Shown here: in pieces, positions 24,086 through 37,419 of the stretch | How the letters are laid out: each line of letters starts with the position of its first letter | Numbering within the stretch: the stretch's first letter is position 1 | From: Mobula hypostoma | Taxonomy: Eukaryota | Direction of reading: 5' to 3' | NCBI RefSeq assembly: GCF_963921235.1 | Contig: NC_086108.1 | Span: 94,056,001-94,120,000, forward strand | DNA: 64,000 nt | The notes under the pieces: generated by a model | The model's database searches: none | What the model was told of the DNA's origin: nothing | The model's input: the letters and a program-made list of their open reading frames with translations, nothing else | Translations under genes and position numbers: made by a program

Positions 24086-24609
24086 TTTGACACTGATTCT
24101 GAAAAACAAGGGTATCAGAGGTGGCAGCTTCGCCCAAAGGTGGTGGTGTGTATTTGGAATCAGCTGCCAAAAATAATGGCTGAGTCGGGCACATTAACAA
24201 CATGTTAAAAAAGCTATCTAAACAGGCACATGAACATGAGTGATTTAGAGAGCTATTGGGACTAGCTCAACGGACTACGCTATCAGCATGGCTCTGTTTC
24301 CACACTATGACTCCATGTCTCTTCGTCTGCCTTGGTTAAATAGCTTTGAGGCTGTACTTAATGCTTGTATATTACCAAGAGTAAGATAACCTTTACAACC
24401 CAGTGGGAAATGATGAATATACACTGATTTAACAGCGGTCTGTTGAAGGAACTCGGTGGGTTGAGTAGAGTCTGTGGGAAGAATTGTTGTTCCCGTCCCT
24501 GTTCTTCTGCCAGCCCCTATCCTAACTTTCTCCTCTAAAGTCAGACAAGTATATGAACAGACAGCCAAGCTGCCACAGTCTGTTTGTGGCTTCCTCATCA
24601 TTCTAAGTA

Positions 24610-25012
24610 AATTTATTATTAGAAGTATGCACATATATTTCACCATATCCTGAGATTCATTTTTTTGTGGGCATTCACTATAGGTACAATAAAACACAAC
24701 AGAATCAATGAAAAACAAAGACAGACAAACAACCAATGTGCAAAAGAAGACAAACTGTGCAAATCCAAAGAATAAATAGGAGATAATACTGAAAACAAGA
24801 GTTGTGGAGTCCTTGAAACTTGAGTTGATAGGTCGTGGATCAGTTCAGTGCTGAGGTGAGTGAGGTTACCCATGCTGGTCAGAAGCCCGATGGTGTGGGA
24901 CTGAAGGTTCCCTGTGCCACCTCCCCGAAGGCAGCAGCAAGAAGAGAGCATGGCCAGGATGGTGGGGGTCCTTGATAATGGATGCTGGTTTCTATGGCAG
25001 CACTCCTTGTAG
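24610..25012 (-). mobile_element. Rex1/Babar 3'-UTR fragment
   Basis: Reverse complement of the family tail (aagtaaatttattatt, tgagattcattt) and gcagcatccattatcaaggac. Confidence 0.6.
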
Positions 25013-25244
25013 TCGCAGAAGGATAAGCTGCCTTTCTTCTCTGCACGTTGCTGTTTCGTGCTTTAGAAATGGAGATTGGATCAGACCTTTCAGTGAATGA
25101 AGTAAGTGTTCCAAATGACTGAGTATTTATAACCCAGATAAGAGAGAAGAGCCCTCCTTTCTTTCACTTTCATATCGCAGAATGTGGTTTTAATTTCTTC
25201 GCCTCGCTGGTAGTGAAAGTATCCACTTTCCTCCCCGGTAACAG

Positions 25245-25358
25245 AGCCTGGAACTGGACGCACCTTTGATGAAGCATTTACCCATTTCCAAGTGGCTGGG
25301 CCAGCTGGGTCTCCCCGAGTACCTGAAGCTCTTTGATGAAGAGTACGACGGAGTGGAG
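25245..25358 (+). CDS. Host exon encoding the N-terminal half of a SAM domain: (SLELDAPL)MKHLPISKWLGQLGLPEYLKLFDEEYDGVE; possibly a BCAR3/SH2D3 (NSP) family long isoform
   Basis: Pyrimidine tract plus cag acceptor at 25242-25244. ATG at 25269. Consensus donor GAG|GTGAGT after 25358. WL-x2-LGL-x2-Y-x3-F is the SAM helix 1-2 signature. The family guess is from memory and is unverified. Confidence 0.8.
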
Positions 25359-25689
25359 GTGAGTGAGAGACTGTCTCCAAACAGGACAGTAAACTTCTAA
25401 TGAGCTGCAAGTAAACCCTATTTGTGCTAATGTTGAGTGGTCTGAGAGGTACATCAGAGCCTGGTCTCCATCTGAATCCAGGTCAGCTGGAGGCTGGAGA
25501 ATGTAGACTGTCTTGGGGTTAGAGACCTAGACACTACTATGGCTGTGGGGAGGAATGGGGCTTGTTTTGTTGCTTATTGTGTTCTGTGTTATTCTGCTGA
25601 GCGTGGTGGGTGTGCAATGTTGGTGCTGGAATGTGTAGTGACGCTTATGTGCTTCCTCTACCTCACCATCAGGTGTGTTGGTTAGAGTC

Positions 25690-25980
25690 AGAGGAAAGTA
25701 CAGCACAGAAACAGGCCCTTCAACCCATCTAGTCCATGCCGAACCATTTAAACTGCCTGCTCCCATCGACCCACACTGGGACCATAGCCCTCCATACCTC
25801 TACCATCCACGTACCCATCCAAATTTCTCCTAAACATTGAAATCGGGCTCGCATGCACGACTTGTGCTGCCAGCTCGTTCCACACTCTCACCGCCCTCTG
25901 AGTGAAGAAGTTTCCCCTTAAGCTTTTCACCTTTCACCCTTAACCCATGACCTCTAGTTGAAGTCCTACCCAACCTCAGC
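25690..25980 (-). mobile_element. CR1 3' end fragment
   Basis: LRGNFFTQRAVRVWNEL and the cagcacagaaacaggccctt tail. Confidence 0.75.
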
Positions 25981-26872
25981 AGTTGTCATTGCAAATGACA
26001 CATTTCACTGTATGTTTTGATGTGTGATAAATAAACTTGAATCTTGTCAGCAGGTCAAGTTACGGAAAGCTTGGCGGCCGTTCCACTATCTCATCCCAAC
26101 AAGTGGAGTCATAGGGGGTTAGGGCCTATACCATAAGCCCTCTGTGATCCAAGTAGCTGGTTAGAAATGAGGAATAGGTACAGGATCTCCTGGGTTTTGG
26201 GCTCTCTTTCAAGGACTCTTTAACTCATGTTTTTGAAATACATTGCTTATTTATTATTATTATTATTTCTGTATTTGCACATTGGATGTGTGTTCCATTT
26301 TTGTGTGCAGTTTCTCGTTAATTCTATTGCGTTTCTTTATATTTACTGTGAATGCCAGCAAGAAAATGAATCTCGGGGTAGTATATGGTGACATATATGT
26401 ACTTTGTAAATAAACTTACGTTAACCTCTCTGCACGTTGAGCTGTCGATCCAGGGACAGAGACAATAGGATGAGGAAGGAGTTATTGAGGCCCTGGTGCA
26501 GGAAATTCACTGTTCTCCACATAACGCTGCTTGGAGTATCTCAGTATCTTGCACTCTGTATCTGCCTGGCATTCTGTGACTGGATTCCCTAATGCTGGAC
26601 ACTTCTTCTCAATAGCATGTTTAAAAATAATCTTGATTCTGAGGAAAATTCGGCCCCATTTAAAGAGAAATGACATCCAGTGGGAGTATTTTTGAAACAT
26701 GGAGTATTTTTCTTTGAGATTGTACAAAGCGAAAATTGTTTTATAAAACCTTAGTGGTTCTGCGTTTAAATCCTCATACATTAGTGTTCTGGAGATTCGT
26801 AACTACGTTCAGATTTATTAACACTCAGCATCTAAGGCCATCTTCTTGGCCCTTCGGTTACTCATCCAAGTA

Positions 26873-27650
26873 CAGTTAATTAGGCCCTCAGTTAAGTTTC
26901 TTATTTGGGACAACTTTTAAAGAACAAAAACTACTCAAGAAAATTGCCAGGATTCCCTTCATTTATTTGGGATACGTTGCCACTTTATTGGGGCATGAGA
27001 CTGTTGCTGAACAGGTTCTAACTAGTCTTAGTCACACGCACTTGTGACTTCACACCATGCTTAGAGTGAACAGTTTTTAAATAGAGTCGGTTGTGTGTGT
27101 ACGTGTTTAAAAAAAAGTGATTTTTGCCACTGATAGTTGGTGAGCAATAAACAGTAAGATGATTCAGAACTGTTTTGCTCACTGCAGTTTCAAGCATTTA
27201 GGCTTGGAGATACCAGAAATGGCCAGGAGTGAACATGAAATGATTTCACTACTTCAACAAGTTAGGAACTACGAAGAATTTGAAGGTATCGACAATCATC
27301 TTGAATGGTACCATAAAAATGAAGATTTGGAGGATGCAGTTGTTGAGAGTATTGTATGAAGGCTGTCCATTATCTGTACTAGGTGTCTGTATTGATTCTG
27401 TTCATTGCATACACTGGATGAATTTCTCTGTCGATAACTGTTAGGAACTAATATACTGCATTATAGTACTATAGTATTATTGGTAGTGTTCTAGTTTGTT
27501 CTGAATTTCATTTAAATACAGAATTTGTTACTCAGTTAAAAATATATAAAAAAGTCAAACTATTTCCATGAAACTTGCCAATTACAGCATCTGCTTAATT
27601 GGGCCACAATGTACTGGTCCCAGTGCATCCCAATTAACAGGAATCTACTG
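26873..27650 (+). mobile_element. Tigger/pogo-like non-autonomous element (second copy)
   Basis: Homologous to 9105-9842. Right end cccaattaacaggaatctactg|TA. Residual IQNCFAHCSF resembles the Tigger transposase C-terminal I-x-NCF motif. Confidence 0.75.
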
Positions 27651-28066
27651 TACATTTCAAATGTGATGAGGCCCTTGCGCAGGATGAGAAAGAGAGAGAT
27701 AGAAGTTAGCCTATGAAAGATTGACACAATTTCACTATTCTCACAATAATACTTAAGGGTTATATACTGGTAATACCTACCAGCTTGAAAGAAAAGATTA
27801 TTGCTGAACTTCATATTGAGGATGCAGGAATAGTCAGAGTTACAAGAAATGTTTGCCTACTGGCACAAAGTTTCTTCAATGATGCTGAATAATTGGTAAG
27901 TAATACAGTATTTATTAAAATTGTAGTTGCAAGCAGCTCAAAAGCTTATCTGTAGTCATAGCCCCTTTAGTACTTTCAGAGTCCATATAACTTTTTGTGA
28001 TTGCTGGAAATGGTGATTGGTACTAATCAATAATCATGTAGATTATATTTGCACTTCTATTCAGCC

Positions 28067-28310
28067 GGCACAGTAGTGTAATGGTTAGCGTCATGATATT
28101 AAAGTTCCAGCGACCTGGGTTCAGTACTGCCGCTGTCTGTAAGAAGTTTGTACTTTCTTCCTGTGACCACATGGGTTAACTCCGGGTGCCCCATTTTCCT
28201 CCCACATTCTAAAGCTACATGTCAGTAGGTCAGTTGGTCAAGTAAGTGTAATCGGGTGGCGCGTGCTCATAAACTGGAAGGCCTCATTACTGTGTTGTAT
28301 CTATAAATAA
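28067..28310 (+). mobile_element. tRNA-derived V-SINE-like SINE
   Basis: ggcacagtagtgtaatggttagcg (A box), gggttcagtac (B box), central tccgggtgccccattttcctcccacattctaaag, tail tgtatctataaataa. Confidence 0.75.
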
Positions 28311-29684
28311 GCTTTAAACGAAGATGGATTGTTTTGCTTGGGTTCACGTCACATGACTGAATGTGCTCTAGATGGCTTGTGATCCATTTGTATGTCACAG
28401 CTTGGAATGAATAGATCATGGCACCCAGTTCCGACTGACGGTTCAAAGTACACTTATTATCAAAGTGTGCAACATTGTACAACCTTGGGGTTTGACACCT
28501 ATCAGGCAGCCACAAAACAAAGAAACCAAAAAGAACCCATATTAAAAAAAAGACCATCAAACATCCAAATGTGCAGAGAAAAAAATAACACACCATGCCC
28601 TTAAAAAAAGAAGCCATTAGAGAAGATCATCAAACACCCAATGTGTAGAGAAAAAGTTCTTGCAAACTTTATGAAATGGAGTGGCATCAAATATGACCTT
28701 GCCTCCCCATGACATCAAATGGCATGGATGATGCATCATTCAGAGTAACTTAAGCTCACAAAGTTGCAGAGTTATCTGAAACTCGACTTGAACCATCCTC
28801 TTACTAATCACCTGGTGAAATAGAGTACAGTTCCCGTCCAGCTGCCGAGCTCCTGGTGACGCACTTCAATTCTGATCAACCAAATCTGCTTTCTGTAATT
28901 GAAGCTGTTGGATGAAAACTACCTGCGACATAACAAGGTGGAATGCAAGTTCGAGCAAAACAAATGTAAACATTCTTGGCCCAACTAGCAATTTGAGCTC
29001 TCGCAAGTAGGGGGTTGGGGGGACACAGGAAGGGAGATAGAGTTTGCAAAACCAACATTGAATTGAAACTGGTGTTGAAATCTGAAACTCTTCAGGTAAA
29101 TCAATTGATCTCTTGCTAGAGATGAATCAAGTCAGCATGGACAACTCTCCATTATGACGTCGTATGTGGGTTGTATCCACAGCAGGTTTCAACTCATGAA
29201 GAACTAAACCCCAAGTTCAAGTCCAGGGAATTATTTTAAAAAACCTGTAAATTGTTGCTTGCAACAATTTGTAGACTTTCGTTGAATGTGAATGTTGATA
29301 AATGTTGCCTTTTTAAAAAAAATGCAGAGTATGGTGGATGAAGATGCTTAATATAACTTTGAGTAAATAGAATTCTTTCTGTATCTATGCGATGTTCCTA
29401 CATGGAAACAATGTAATGTTGTCAAAGACAGACTGGAACATTTAGTTTGCACCATTAGGTTTGAGACTCAACATTGGAGCAGTTTGTACAGTCCTGTAAA
29501 CCTCCTACAGGAAAAATCCGATAATCCACTATTCTGTAATTGCACTCCCTTGAAACTTGCCAGTTTTGCTGAAAATTGATTGTTCTGCTATGTAATATTT
29601 TTAAAGTGAATTAAAAGTGTTGAAATATTAGTTAGAATCACATTCATTAACCTGAAAAGAACATGTTAGTGCGACACCACGAAG

Positions 29685-30545
29685 GTTCAAAGTACCTATC
29701 TGTCACCACATACAGCCTTTAGATCATTTTCAGTAGAACAAAGAAATGCAACAGAATTGATGAGAACTACACACAAAGACATACAAACAACCAAGTGTAA
29801 AGGAAAACAAACTGCAAGTTAAAAAAATATAAGTAAGTAAATAAACAATATTGAGAACCTGAATTCTAGGAAGTGAGTCCATAGGTCATGGAATCCATTC
29901 AGAGTTGAGGTGAAGTTGTTCAAGTTGGTGCGGGAATATGCTGGTTGTAGGGTAATGCTGTAACTGTTCCTGAACCTGGTGCTGTGTGACCTGAGGCTCC
30001 AGTACCTGCATCCTGATGGCAGCAGCGAGAAGAGAGCACGTTCTGGGTGGTGGGGTACTCGATGAATGTTGCTTTCTTGTGGCAGCATTCCTCGAAGATG
30101 TGCTCAATGGTGGGGAGAGATTCTCCTGTGACGGTCTGGGCTGTATCCACCACTTTTTGTAGGCTTTTCCGTTCCTGGCCACTGGTGTTTCATACCAGGC
30201 TGTGATGCAACCAATTAGGATACTCTCCACTGTGCACCTTTGGAAGTTTGTCAAAGTTTTAGATGACGTGCTGAATCTGTGCAAACTTCTGAGACAGTGG
30301 AGGCATTGCTGTCATTCTTTGTGATGGCACTATTGTACTGGTCCGAGGATAGATGTTCTGATAGATAACACCAAGGAGTTTAAAGTTACCTACCCTCCCC
30401 ACTTCCGATCTTCTAAGGAGGACTGGCTCATGGCTGTCCGGTTTCTTCCTCCTGTAGTCAACGACCGGCTCTTTACTTTTGCTGATGCTGAGTGAGAGGT
30501 TGTTGAGGGACCATTCAACCAAGGTTTTCAATCTCCCTTCTATAT
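29685..30545 (-). mobile_element. Rex1/Babar LINE 3' fragment
   Basis: CTVESILIGCITAWY and ALFSLLPSGCRYWSLRSHSTRFRNSY. Confidence 0.8.
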
Positions 30546-31753
30546 GTCAGTCCCAACCATGCTGGATTAACATAAACACAGGATGCAGGAAATTTTGAGC
30601 AGCATAGACAACTGCAAAAAAAACTGAGCAGGTCAAGCAGCACCTATCGAGTGGAATAAACAGTCGACGTTCCAGACGAAGGGTTCAAAATGTGGATTGA
30701 TTCTTCCCCTCCATAGATGCTCTTGAGTTCCTCCTTCATTTTGTGTGTGATGCCAGATTGACAGTTTTAGCGAATACAATATATCCCCTCAGAAAGATTC
30801 TATTGTACCTTCACGATGCTCATGAGAACATTGAGGTGGGTGTGAGGAGAAGAAGACCATTGTCTCAGCAGTAGGTGAGGATGAAAAAGTATCGGTGTAA
30901 GTCTGGGGTCAAATAGGATGCTTTGATTGTAAAGAGTCTGGTTCAGTCTGAGAAGATGGTCAGGAGACGGATGGCATTGATGTCTAGAGAATGGGCTTAG
31001 ACAGAGGAAGAAACTGATGCTTTTGATCTGGACTGAGTTTAGCTGGGGGAAGTTTGAGGCCCAGTCAAGACCGGATGCTGAAGAAACAATATGACAGTGC
31101 AGAGGCTGTGGAAGGATTAAGGGAGACAGTGACAAGGTCACCGGGGCTCAAGTATCGAGTAACCTGTGTCTGAAGGTGGTGTGGCCGGGAGGCAGAAGCC
31201 AGTCGGAATATAGGGATAAGTTACTGCATTGGTCAATGCCTTAAATAATTGCTGGCACCTGTGCTGAGTTTCCAAGTGGATCACTATTAGATGGCAAGGT
31301 GTTGTGAAGATCTGTCTCTTCATCTTACCGTGAGTTGAGTGTAGGGTAAGGAAAAAATGTAGCCACTTCTTCCCTTTGCCCTGGAGGGATGTCTGTGCAG
31401 CAGATTTGTTGTTGAACTTGCGCATAACCTTCAGTTACCCCTCGACTCTGTAGTCAGTGATCACTGCCAGCATCTTGAGATGCTCAAGGTACAAGAAGGT
31501 AGTTTGAGAAATGCTGATATACAGATGGGTGTCCTTATAAACCGGTCACTGAAAGGAAACCTACAGTGTAGAAGGTATGTATAGTGCATCATAAAGTCTG
31601 AATGGTACAGTGAGGCCATTTGGCCCACTGTGCCTGTGCCTACCACTATGCTCATCCCATTTGTCTGTATTAATTCCACATCTTTCAGTCATTCAATTAC
31701 CTGTCAAACAGCCTTTTAAATGTTGTTCTTGCCTCATCATTTCACCTGGTAGT

Positions 31754-31960
31754 ACCATAGAAAACATACACAGCCGAGCATTTTAGAGAGTGTCTGAAAG
31801 TAGTTTAAGGTGAGAGGGAGGACATTTTAAAGAGGATCCATGGGGTAACTCTCTTTGTGAAAAAGTTACCCCATGGATCCTCTTTAAAATGTCCTCCCTC
31901 TCACCTTAAACTACTTTCAGACACTCTCTAAAATGCTCGGCTGTGTATGTTTTCTATGGT
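31754..31960. repeat. Perfect inverted repeat: 97-bp arms, 13-nt spacer
   Basis: 31754-31850 is the exact reverse complement of 31864-31960. Spacer ctctttgtgaaaa. Confidence 0.97.
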
Positions 31961-33645
31961 GATATGATAGGAGATATTTTATGTGCTTCCTATGATCAGA
32001 ATCAGAATCAAGTTTATTATCACTGGCATGTGCCTCCTGGCCTCTTTAGCTCCTGAAAAACAGCCCCAGCCTATTCAATCTCTCCCAATAACTCAAGCCC
32101 TCCAATTCGGGTAACATCATTATGATATTTTATGAACTATCTTAACTTAATTACTTCCTTCCCATAGTGTGGTCAGCAGAACTGCACACTGCTGGTCTTC
32201 ATTGCAAGAGCATTTGGGTGCAGGAGCAACAGTGCCCTAGCACAATTACACAGGGTCTTCATAAAACCACTGCTAATGTACTGTGCATAGTTTTGTTCTA
32301 GTTGCCTAAAAAATATATACTTGCCATTTGAGGGGGTGTGTAAAAGTTTGGCGCAGGAGATTGGGTTGACTGGCTGATTTCACTTGACAAACTCGTAGAG
32401 TATGCAGAGTATCATAAAGGCTGAAGTGCCACATCCAAGCTAGTCCCAATTGCCAGCACTTGGCTCATAACCATCTAAAATCTGTGTACCTCTCCAATTG
32501 CCTTTTAAAAGTTGTCATTGTGCCATTAGTGATATAAAACCAAAAATTAATTGACTTTAAATTACTTCCACCAATGTTCAAATAGATGTTTTTGAAATTC
32601 TGAAATATATTTTTCTCCCATATGATTTTCTGGCAATACAAGAAAATTGGTCAGATTCTCAATCCCAAATGTCTTTCACCTTATTCTGATTGCTGTGACT
32701 CCTCATTATAGAATCCCCATGGCCCCTGTCTTCCCCGCCCCCCCACCTTTCTTTTTGGTCTTTACACACAAAAGTGGAATTGAGAGAGGGAAACATCAGT
32801 CATGATATTGAATAGGTGAACCGGCTTGATGGGCCAAATGGCCTTTTCCTGCTCCTGTTTGGGATCAGTAGATTGCTCAAGTGTCAATTGGGACAATCCA
32901 GGCCTGTCTGGCCCCTGATTCATCTTTACGTGTCCAGTGTTCAGTTGCGGGGAAGTACCCTGGAGCTGATGAGCTGTGTGTTCAGTTTGGTGCTAATTTG
33001 CTGCAACTGAAATTAAGGAGTAAAAAAGTTAATAGAGCATAATACAACATACATTCTTCTATTCTGGCTCACCATTCCGCATTTCCTGGTGGGCTCCCAT
33101 GATGTAGTGACAACCCAATCTTAAAATGAAACAGCTCATTTTGAGCAGTTTAAAATATGTGAGTAACAAAATTGTCAGTGCACCCTCTACTAACAAACTG
33201 TATGAGAAATATAATTTCCTTAATTACTAATTCTTTTGGGAATATTCTACTCTAATTAGTTCCTGTTCATAAAATGCCATGCCCTACCCATCATAGACAC
33301 TACAAAAGTCATATTCCAATGCATCAAGAATACTACTTAAATAGTAATTATGTTTTAGATTCATCCTTTGTTACTTCCCACAGTGGAAATTTAATACCCT
33401 AATTACTAATGCTCATGGGACTTCATTCTGTCTATTAGGAATATTGCTTTCTAATTACTCACCACACAGGAATATGATCCCTAATTACTAAGTGCCCCTT
33501 GAATTTAATGACATGATTAGTTACTGAACTAGAAACATCATAATCCCTGCTTATTATCTGCACTAGAAATACTAACACTTTAACTTTCTGCTCATCTCAA
33601 AAGAAATATCATCGATACTCACCCACACTTGGAACAAATTCTGGA

Positions 33646-33648
<3 letters not shown>

Positions 33649-33698
<50 letters not shown>
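33649..33698. repeat. (AC)n microsatellite, about 25 units
   Basis: Direct reading. Confidence 0.98.
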
Positions 33699-33700
<2 letters not shown>

Positions 33701-34049
33701 CTAATCAGTGACTGCACTCACAATTTCACCCTTGGAATTAATGGAACTGGGCATTTCCTCTGAAATTGCAATGTTCGAGGAATTGATTCAGTGTGTTTTT
33801 TTCCTGCTTGCCCTGAATAAGTGGTGATGCAGCAGCTCAGATTGACAATGCTATCTAATCGGAGTTCATTGATTAAAGGCAACGGCTGTGCAAGCAACCC
33901 GAGAAATGTCAAACTTCCACTGTTAAATCCTGTTATTTCCAACTATTCAGATCTAAATTGCATTGTGCATAGTTCAATATGATTCATCATCACTGAGTTT
34001 TTGTAGAGTTAATTACTTGTACCTTTGAAAGGACCTTCATAATCTGTAC

Positions 34050-34422
34050 AAGAAGGTACAGGAGGCTTGGGTCCTACAGCACCAGGTTCAGGAACAGTTA
34101 TTACCCTCAGCCATCAGGCTCCTGACCAGGCTGGATAACTTCCCTCACCCAAACTCTGAACTGGTTCCACAACCTATGGACTTCCTTTCAAGGACTCGAT
34201 AATAAATGTTCTCAATATTACCTACCTATTATTATTTGTGTTTTTTTTGTGTATTAGTGGTTTGTCTTTTGCGGATTGGTTGTTTGTTAGTCTTCGTGTG
34301 TAGTTTTTCATTGATTCTGTTGGTTTTTTTGTTCTACTGTGAATGTTTGTAAGAAAATGAACCTCAGGGTTGTATATGTGACATATATGTACTTTGATAA
34401 TACATTTACTTTGAACTTTGAA
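34050..34422 (+). mobile_element. Rex1/Babar 3' end
   Basis: accaggttcaggaacagttattaccc ... tttactttgaactttgaac. Confidence 0.7.
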
Positions 34423-34529
34423 CAATTTTATTTCCTCAAACACCAACCCCTGTCTGCATCCTCTACCCCAACATTTATTTCCATGGGCTGTTGGTTGGTA
34501 ATCAGTTCCAGTGGCACTACGGCCCAGAC

Positions 34530-36555
34530 CCAGAATCATAATCGGGTTTAATATCAATCACATGCATCATGACATGTGTTGTTTTGCGGAGGCAGTGCAT
34601 TTATTTGTTTGTTTATTTTGTGATACAGCATGGAGGAGATCCTTCTGGTCCTTTGAGCTGCACAACCCCACAACCCCACAAGCCCGATAAGCACTAATAT
34701 ATATAATAAGTAGTGCAGAAAGAGAGAGAAAAAGAACTGCAGTAGAATTCATGGGTTCAACGCCCATTCAGAAATTTAGTGGCAGATGGGAAGAAACTGT
34801 TCCTGCATCATTGAGTGTGTGCTTTCAGGTTCCTGTACCTCCTTCCTGATGGTGGTAATGAGTAGGGGGCATGCCTGGGTGATGGGGATCTTTAATGATG
34901 TACGCTGCCTTTTTGAGGCATTGCTCCTTGAAGATGGCCTGGATACTATGGAGGCTAGTGCCCATGATGGAGCTGACTGAGTTTACAACTCTCTGCAGCT
35001 TTTTCTGATCCCGTGCTGTGGCCCCTCCATACCAGATGGTGATGCAACCAGTTAGAATGCTCTACATGGTACGTCTGTAGAAAGTTGTGAACGTTATAGA
35101 TGACATACCAAGTCTTATCAAATTCCTAATGAAATATAGCCACTGTCGTGCCTTCTTGCATCAATATGTTGGGCCCAGGATAGATCCTCAGAGATGTTGA
35201 TACGCAGGAACATGAAACTGCTCATCCTTTCCACTGTTGATCCATCGATGAGCACTGCTGTGTGTTCCCCTTACTGAAGTCTACAATCTTACTGACATTG
35301 AGTGTTAGCTTGTCGCTGTAGCGTAACTCAACCAGCTGATCTATCTCGCTCCCGTACGTCACCTCGTCACCATCCGAAATTCTGCCAACAATAGTTGTGT
35401 CATCAGCAAATTTATCGACGGTGTTTGAACTGTGCCTAGCCACACAGTCATGGGTGTAGAGAGAGTAGAGCAGTGGGTTAAGCACACACCCTTGGTGCAC
35501 CAGCGGGGAAGAGCTGTTACTTCCGATCCGCACAGACTGGTCTCCTGTCGAGGAAGTCAAGAATCCAGTTGCAGAGGGAGGTAGAGAGAGCCAGGTTTTC
35601 GAGCTTGTTGATTAGAACTGAGGGTATAATTGTGTTAAACACTGAGCTGTTGTCAATAACAGCAGCCTGACATAGTATTGTCCAGGCGATCCAAGGCCAG
35701 GTGGAGAACCAGTGAGATTCCATGCACAGTAGACCTATTGTAGTAATAGGCAAATTACAGTGGGTCCAAGTCCCTGCTTATGCACGGGTTGAATCTAGCC
35801 ATGACCAACCTCTCAAAACACTTCACCACAGTAGATGTGAGGGCCACTGGGTGATGGTCACTGAGGCAGCTCACTCTGCTCTTCTTGAACACTGGTATGA
35901 TTGTTGCCCTTCTGAAGTGGGTGAAAACCTCAGACTGCCTCAGTGAGATATTGAAGACGTCCTTGAGTATTCCCACCAGTTGGTTGGCACAGATTTTTCG
36001 GAAACCTACCAGGCACACCAAGAAGTGCTTGATGCCTTTTGAGGGCACACCCTCTTGAAAGAAGTTCTGACGTCAGCCTCTGAGACAGAGATCATGGGGG
36101 GTCACCAGAAGCTGCAAGGTGTACATAGGTGTAGTATTACTTTCCCATCAAAGCATGCGTTAAATACATTGAGCTCATCCAGGAGTGAAGTATCACAGCC
36201 ATTCATGATGTTAGGTCTCGTTTTGTAGGAAGTAATGTCCTGCGAGCTCTGCCAGAGCTGAAGTGCACAAATCGGAATTGCTTTTATCGCTCTTAGAGTA
36301 GCCATTCGTAGGTGGTACCTGGACGACTTGTACAGTTCTGGATCACCGGTCTTGATAATGCACACTTACTTTTATCATGCACTTTGAATGCCACAGATCT
36401 ACCCTCAGCAGGCTGTGAATCTCCTGGTTTTGGTATGTCCAGCATGTTCTCAAAGGCACACACTCATCCCCACAGCTCTTGATGAAGCCGGTGACAACGG
36501 TGGTGTATTAGTTCAGATTTGAAGATGTATTCCTGAATATTGTCAAAGCGCCATT
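34530..36555 (-). mobile_element. Degenerate Rex1/Babar LINE (RT region)
   Basis: HPVALTSTVVKCFERLV, QGCVLNPLLYSLYTHDC, KFADDTTIVG. Confidence 0.85.
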
Positions 36556-36560
36556 GAACA

Positions 36561-37194
36561 GGATGGTGTCAGTATGTCGTATCACCATCTCAGTACCTGG
36601 ATGGTGTCAGTATGCCGTACCATCTCAGTACCTGGATGGTGTCAGTATGTCGTATCACCATCTCAGTCCCTGGATGGTGTCAGTATGCCGTACCATCTCA
36701 GTACCTGGATGGTGTCAGTATGCTGTATCACCATCTCAGTACCTGGATGGTGTCAGTATGTCGTATCACCATCTCAGTCCCTGGATGGTGTCAGTATGCC
36801 GTATCACCATCTCAGTCTCTGGATGGTGTCAGTATGCCGTACCATCTCAGTACCTGGATGGTGTCAGTATGCTGTATCACCGTCTCAGCACTTGGATGGT
36901 GTCAGTATGCCGTATCACCGTCTCAGCACCTGGATGGTGTCAGTATGTCGTATCACCGTCTCTGCACCTGGATGGTGTCAGTATGTCGTATCACCGTCTC
37001 AGCACTTGGATGGTGTCAGTATGCTGTATCACCGTCTCTGTACCTGGATGGTGTCAGTATGCTGTATCACCGTCTCTGTACCTGGATGGTGTCAGTATGC
37101 CGTATCACCGTCTCAGCACCTGGATGGTGTCAGTATGCTGTATCACCATCTCTGTACCTGGATGGTGTCAGTATGCTGTATCACCATCTCAGCA
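36561..37194. repeat. Minisatellite, about 17 units of 38 bp (three are 35-bp variants): GGATGGTGTCAGTATGYYGT(ATC)ACCRTCTCWGYACCT
   Basis: Head-to-tail units start at 36561, 36599, 36634, 36672, 36707 and continue to 37160. There are no unique spacers. Confidence 0.97.
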
Positions 37195-37419
37195 TAGCTC
37201 CACTTGTGCTAGCAGTGTGATGTTCCACAGCAAATTGGTGCAGAGAGCCAGTATGCCCCTCCATGACCCAAAAGCCCAGGTGCCAACTGTTGCTGTGCTA
37301 ACAGTAGGTTAATTTAGACTTGGACCCACGTACATCGTGCTCCACAGTACCCTACAAACTTGCTAAACCTAACAAGTTAGGATGTTATTCCCTGGAGCAT
37401 AAGAGAATGAGGGGAGATT

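Noticed and set aside
28067..28140. tRNA gene
   Set aside because: The A/B boxes run straight into a SINE body, and I could not form a cloverleaf.
36561..37194. CRISPR-like array or repeat-protein gene (ORFs 36554-37312, 36574-37197, 36612-37220)
   Set aside because: Units are contiguous with no unique spacers, there are no cas genes, and the context is eukaryotic. The ORFs arise only because the unit lacks stop codons.
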